Below the pieces are notes generated by a model. That model had not been told where the DNA came from. It ran no database searches and worked only from the letters and a program-made list of their open reading frames with translations. The position numbers were made by a program, and so were the translations under genes. A stretch of 64,000 nucleotides of DNA from contig BDUA01000009.1 in the NCBI GenBank assembly GCA_002897715.1, forward strand, positions 9,540 to 73,539, given 5' to 3'. This document shows positions 62,860 to 64,000 of this stretch, one piece after another. Source of the DNA: a bacterium BMS3Abin01 (GTDB lineage: Bacteria; Actinomycetota; Thermoleophilia; BMS3ABIN01). Within the stretch, counting starts at the first letter, position 1. Every line of letters starts with the position of its first letter.

Positions 62860-63531
62860 ATGGGGATCATAGACGACGAGACAATGGATACACGGACGCA
62901 GACGCGGATCGTCGTCTATGATCTCCTGCGCCGTGTGTTCCTGCACGAGCCAACGGTGGAATTCTCCAGGCGCCTGGATGAAAGTAACCTGCTTGAGGAG
63001 CTATTCGAATTGCCGGGCATCAAAAAGATGCATTCCTGTATCCAGCCTATCCTCAAATCAGGAGACATCGATGACGCCCAACAGGACTTCTACCAGCTGT
63101 TCCTGGGGCCCAGGCGCCTGAAGGCCCCTCCATGGGAATCAGTCTACCGCTCCCAGTTGAGACTGGTGAACCAGGAATCAACCGCGGAGGTGCGCTGCCT
63201 GTACGCGCAATACGGTTTCCAGACAGAGGAGGGACAACTCGAGGACCATTTCGGCACGGAATGCGACTTCCTCCACAGGCTCTGCATGATGATCAAGGGC
63301 TCCAGCACTGAACAGATTGCGGACCTGATGAAGGTACAGAAACATTTCGTCAGTGAGCATCTGGTCAAATGGGTGCCGGGCTTCGCCATGGATATCAGGC
63401 ACAATGCCCGGACCCCTTTCTTCCGGGGAATGGGCGAGTTCATCGATTACTGGATCTGGACCGAGCACTATTACCTTAACGAGGTTGTTCATGGTGCCGG
63501 TGACTCCACACAACAAAAGGGCAGGTGTTGA
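62860..63531 (+). CDS. TorD/DmsD-family redox enzyme maturation chaperone
   Basis: DFYQLFLGPRRLKAPPWESVY motif; operon position after the A and B subunits. Confidence 0.8.
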   Translation: MGIIDDETMDTRTQTRIVVYDLLRRVFLHEPTVEFSRRLDESNLLEELFELPGIKKMHSCIQPILKSGDIDDAQQDFYQLFLGPRRLKAPPWESVYRSQLRLVNQESTAEVRCLYAQYGFQTEEGQLEDHFGTECDFLHRLCMMIKGSSTEQIADLMKVQKHFVSEHLVKWVPGFAMDIRHNARTPFFRGMGEFIDYWIWTEHYYLNEVVHGAGDSTQQKGRC

Positions 63532-63535
63532 CAAG

Positions 63536-63784
63536 ATGTTTGGTCTAGGTTGGCAGGAGCTTGTGATTGTCCTGGGTATCGCTCTACTCATTTTCGGCAC
63601 TAAACGTCTACCTGAAGTGAGCCGCTCCTTGGGCGGAGCGATCAAAGAGTTCAAGGCGGGCGCTCTCGAACGAGCGAATGGCAGTGCAACCGTCGAGAGT
63701 GAAGCGAAGCTCGAAGAAGCTTCCGGCGCCACTGACGAGAGCCAGAGCTGTCAAGCGGCTGAGAAAGGTGTTTTTCGAAGCTGA
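63536..63784 (+). CDS. tatA: Twin-arginine translocase subunit TatA/E
   Basis: MFGLGWQELVIVLGIALLIFGTKRLPEVSRSLGGAIKEFK (TM helix + amphipathic helix). The track ORF starts earlier in the same frame. Confidence 0.9.
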   Translation: MFGLGWQELVIVLGIALLIFGTKRLPEVSRSLGGAIKEFKAGALERANGSATVESEAKLEEASGATDESQSCQAAEKGVFRS

Positions 63785-63832
63785 TAAACCGTCGCATCAA
63801 GTCATACAACATGGCCTTGCAAGGAGGAAAGA

Positions 63833-64000
63833 ATGTGTGAAACCAACCAGGAGACCATACCCATCAAAGACGCCATAGGCACCATCCTCGGTCACGATAT
63901 TACCGAGGTGAACACCAGCACGGGATTCAAGGGTTGCCGCTTCCGGCGCGGCCACGTCATACGGGAAGAGGATGTCCCCCGGTTCCTCGAGCTGGGAAAG
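63833..64000 (+). CDS. Molybdopterin-binding (MoeA/MoCF-type) protein, 3-prime partial at window end
   Basis: AAGGAGG lies before the ATG. N-terminus IPIKDAIGTILGHDITEV...FKGCRFRRGHVIREEDVPRFLELGK resembles the N-terminus of clostridial molybdopterin-binding proteins (from memory). Only 56 codons are visible. Confidence 0.5.
   Translation, partial: MCETNQETIPIKDAIGTILGHDITEVNTSTGFKGCRFRRGHVIREEDVPRFLELGK

Overview
High-GC, densely coded bacterial chromosomal window, with no CRISPR array, transposase, integrase or rRNA seen. (1) 1-31 kb is a housekeeping block, mostly on the minus strand, with Firmicutes/Chloroflexi-style synteny. It holds a corrinoid methyltransferase module plus a B12-radical SAM gene, rsfS-nadD, proA-proB, murA and a complete F1Fo ATP synthase operon. 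These are followed by a WecA-like transferase, dCMP deaminase, glyA, rpiB, an LMW phosphatase, tsaC, prmC, prfA, DUF1385, thyX and rpmE. A tRNA-Val/Ala/Ala cluster, a LuxR-type response regulator, class I fumarase and malic enzyme complete the block. (2) 31-44 kb holds a second DUF1385 paralog, an eRF1/Pelota-like (baeRF-type) protein, a membrane-tethered trypsin-like protease with a zinc-ribbon tail, clpB and a 3D-domain wall protein. It also holds an ArsR (alpha5-site) plus CDF metal module, followed by a PCYCGC-family gene whose reading frame runs through two TGA codons four codons apart, and then ligA. That PCYCGC gene is a candidate UxxU selenoprotein and is my top finding. (3) 44-64 kb is a molybdenum/tungsten respiratory island bounded by AT-rich intergenic regions. 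It contains two paralogous Tat-exported bis-PGD oxidoreductase operons without a membrane-anchor subunit; one follows a hexaheme cytochrome c and a lasso-leader-like small ORF. Between them lie a Moco biosynthesis operon with a TupBC/ModC-like ABC transporter behind a Moco-riboswitch-like leader, and a PhnD-like lipoprotein + HAMP kinase + LytTR regulator set. Three well-conserved genes (rsfS, proB, 3D-domain protein) have conserved N-terminal coding sequence upstream of any ATG/GTG/TTG, which suggests near-cognate (ATT/ATC/ACG or CTG) initiation. All functional calls come from motif recognition by eye; no database search was run.
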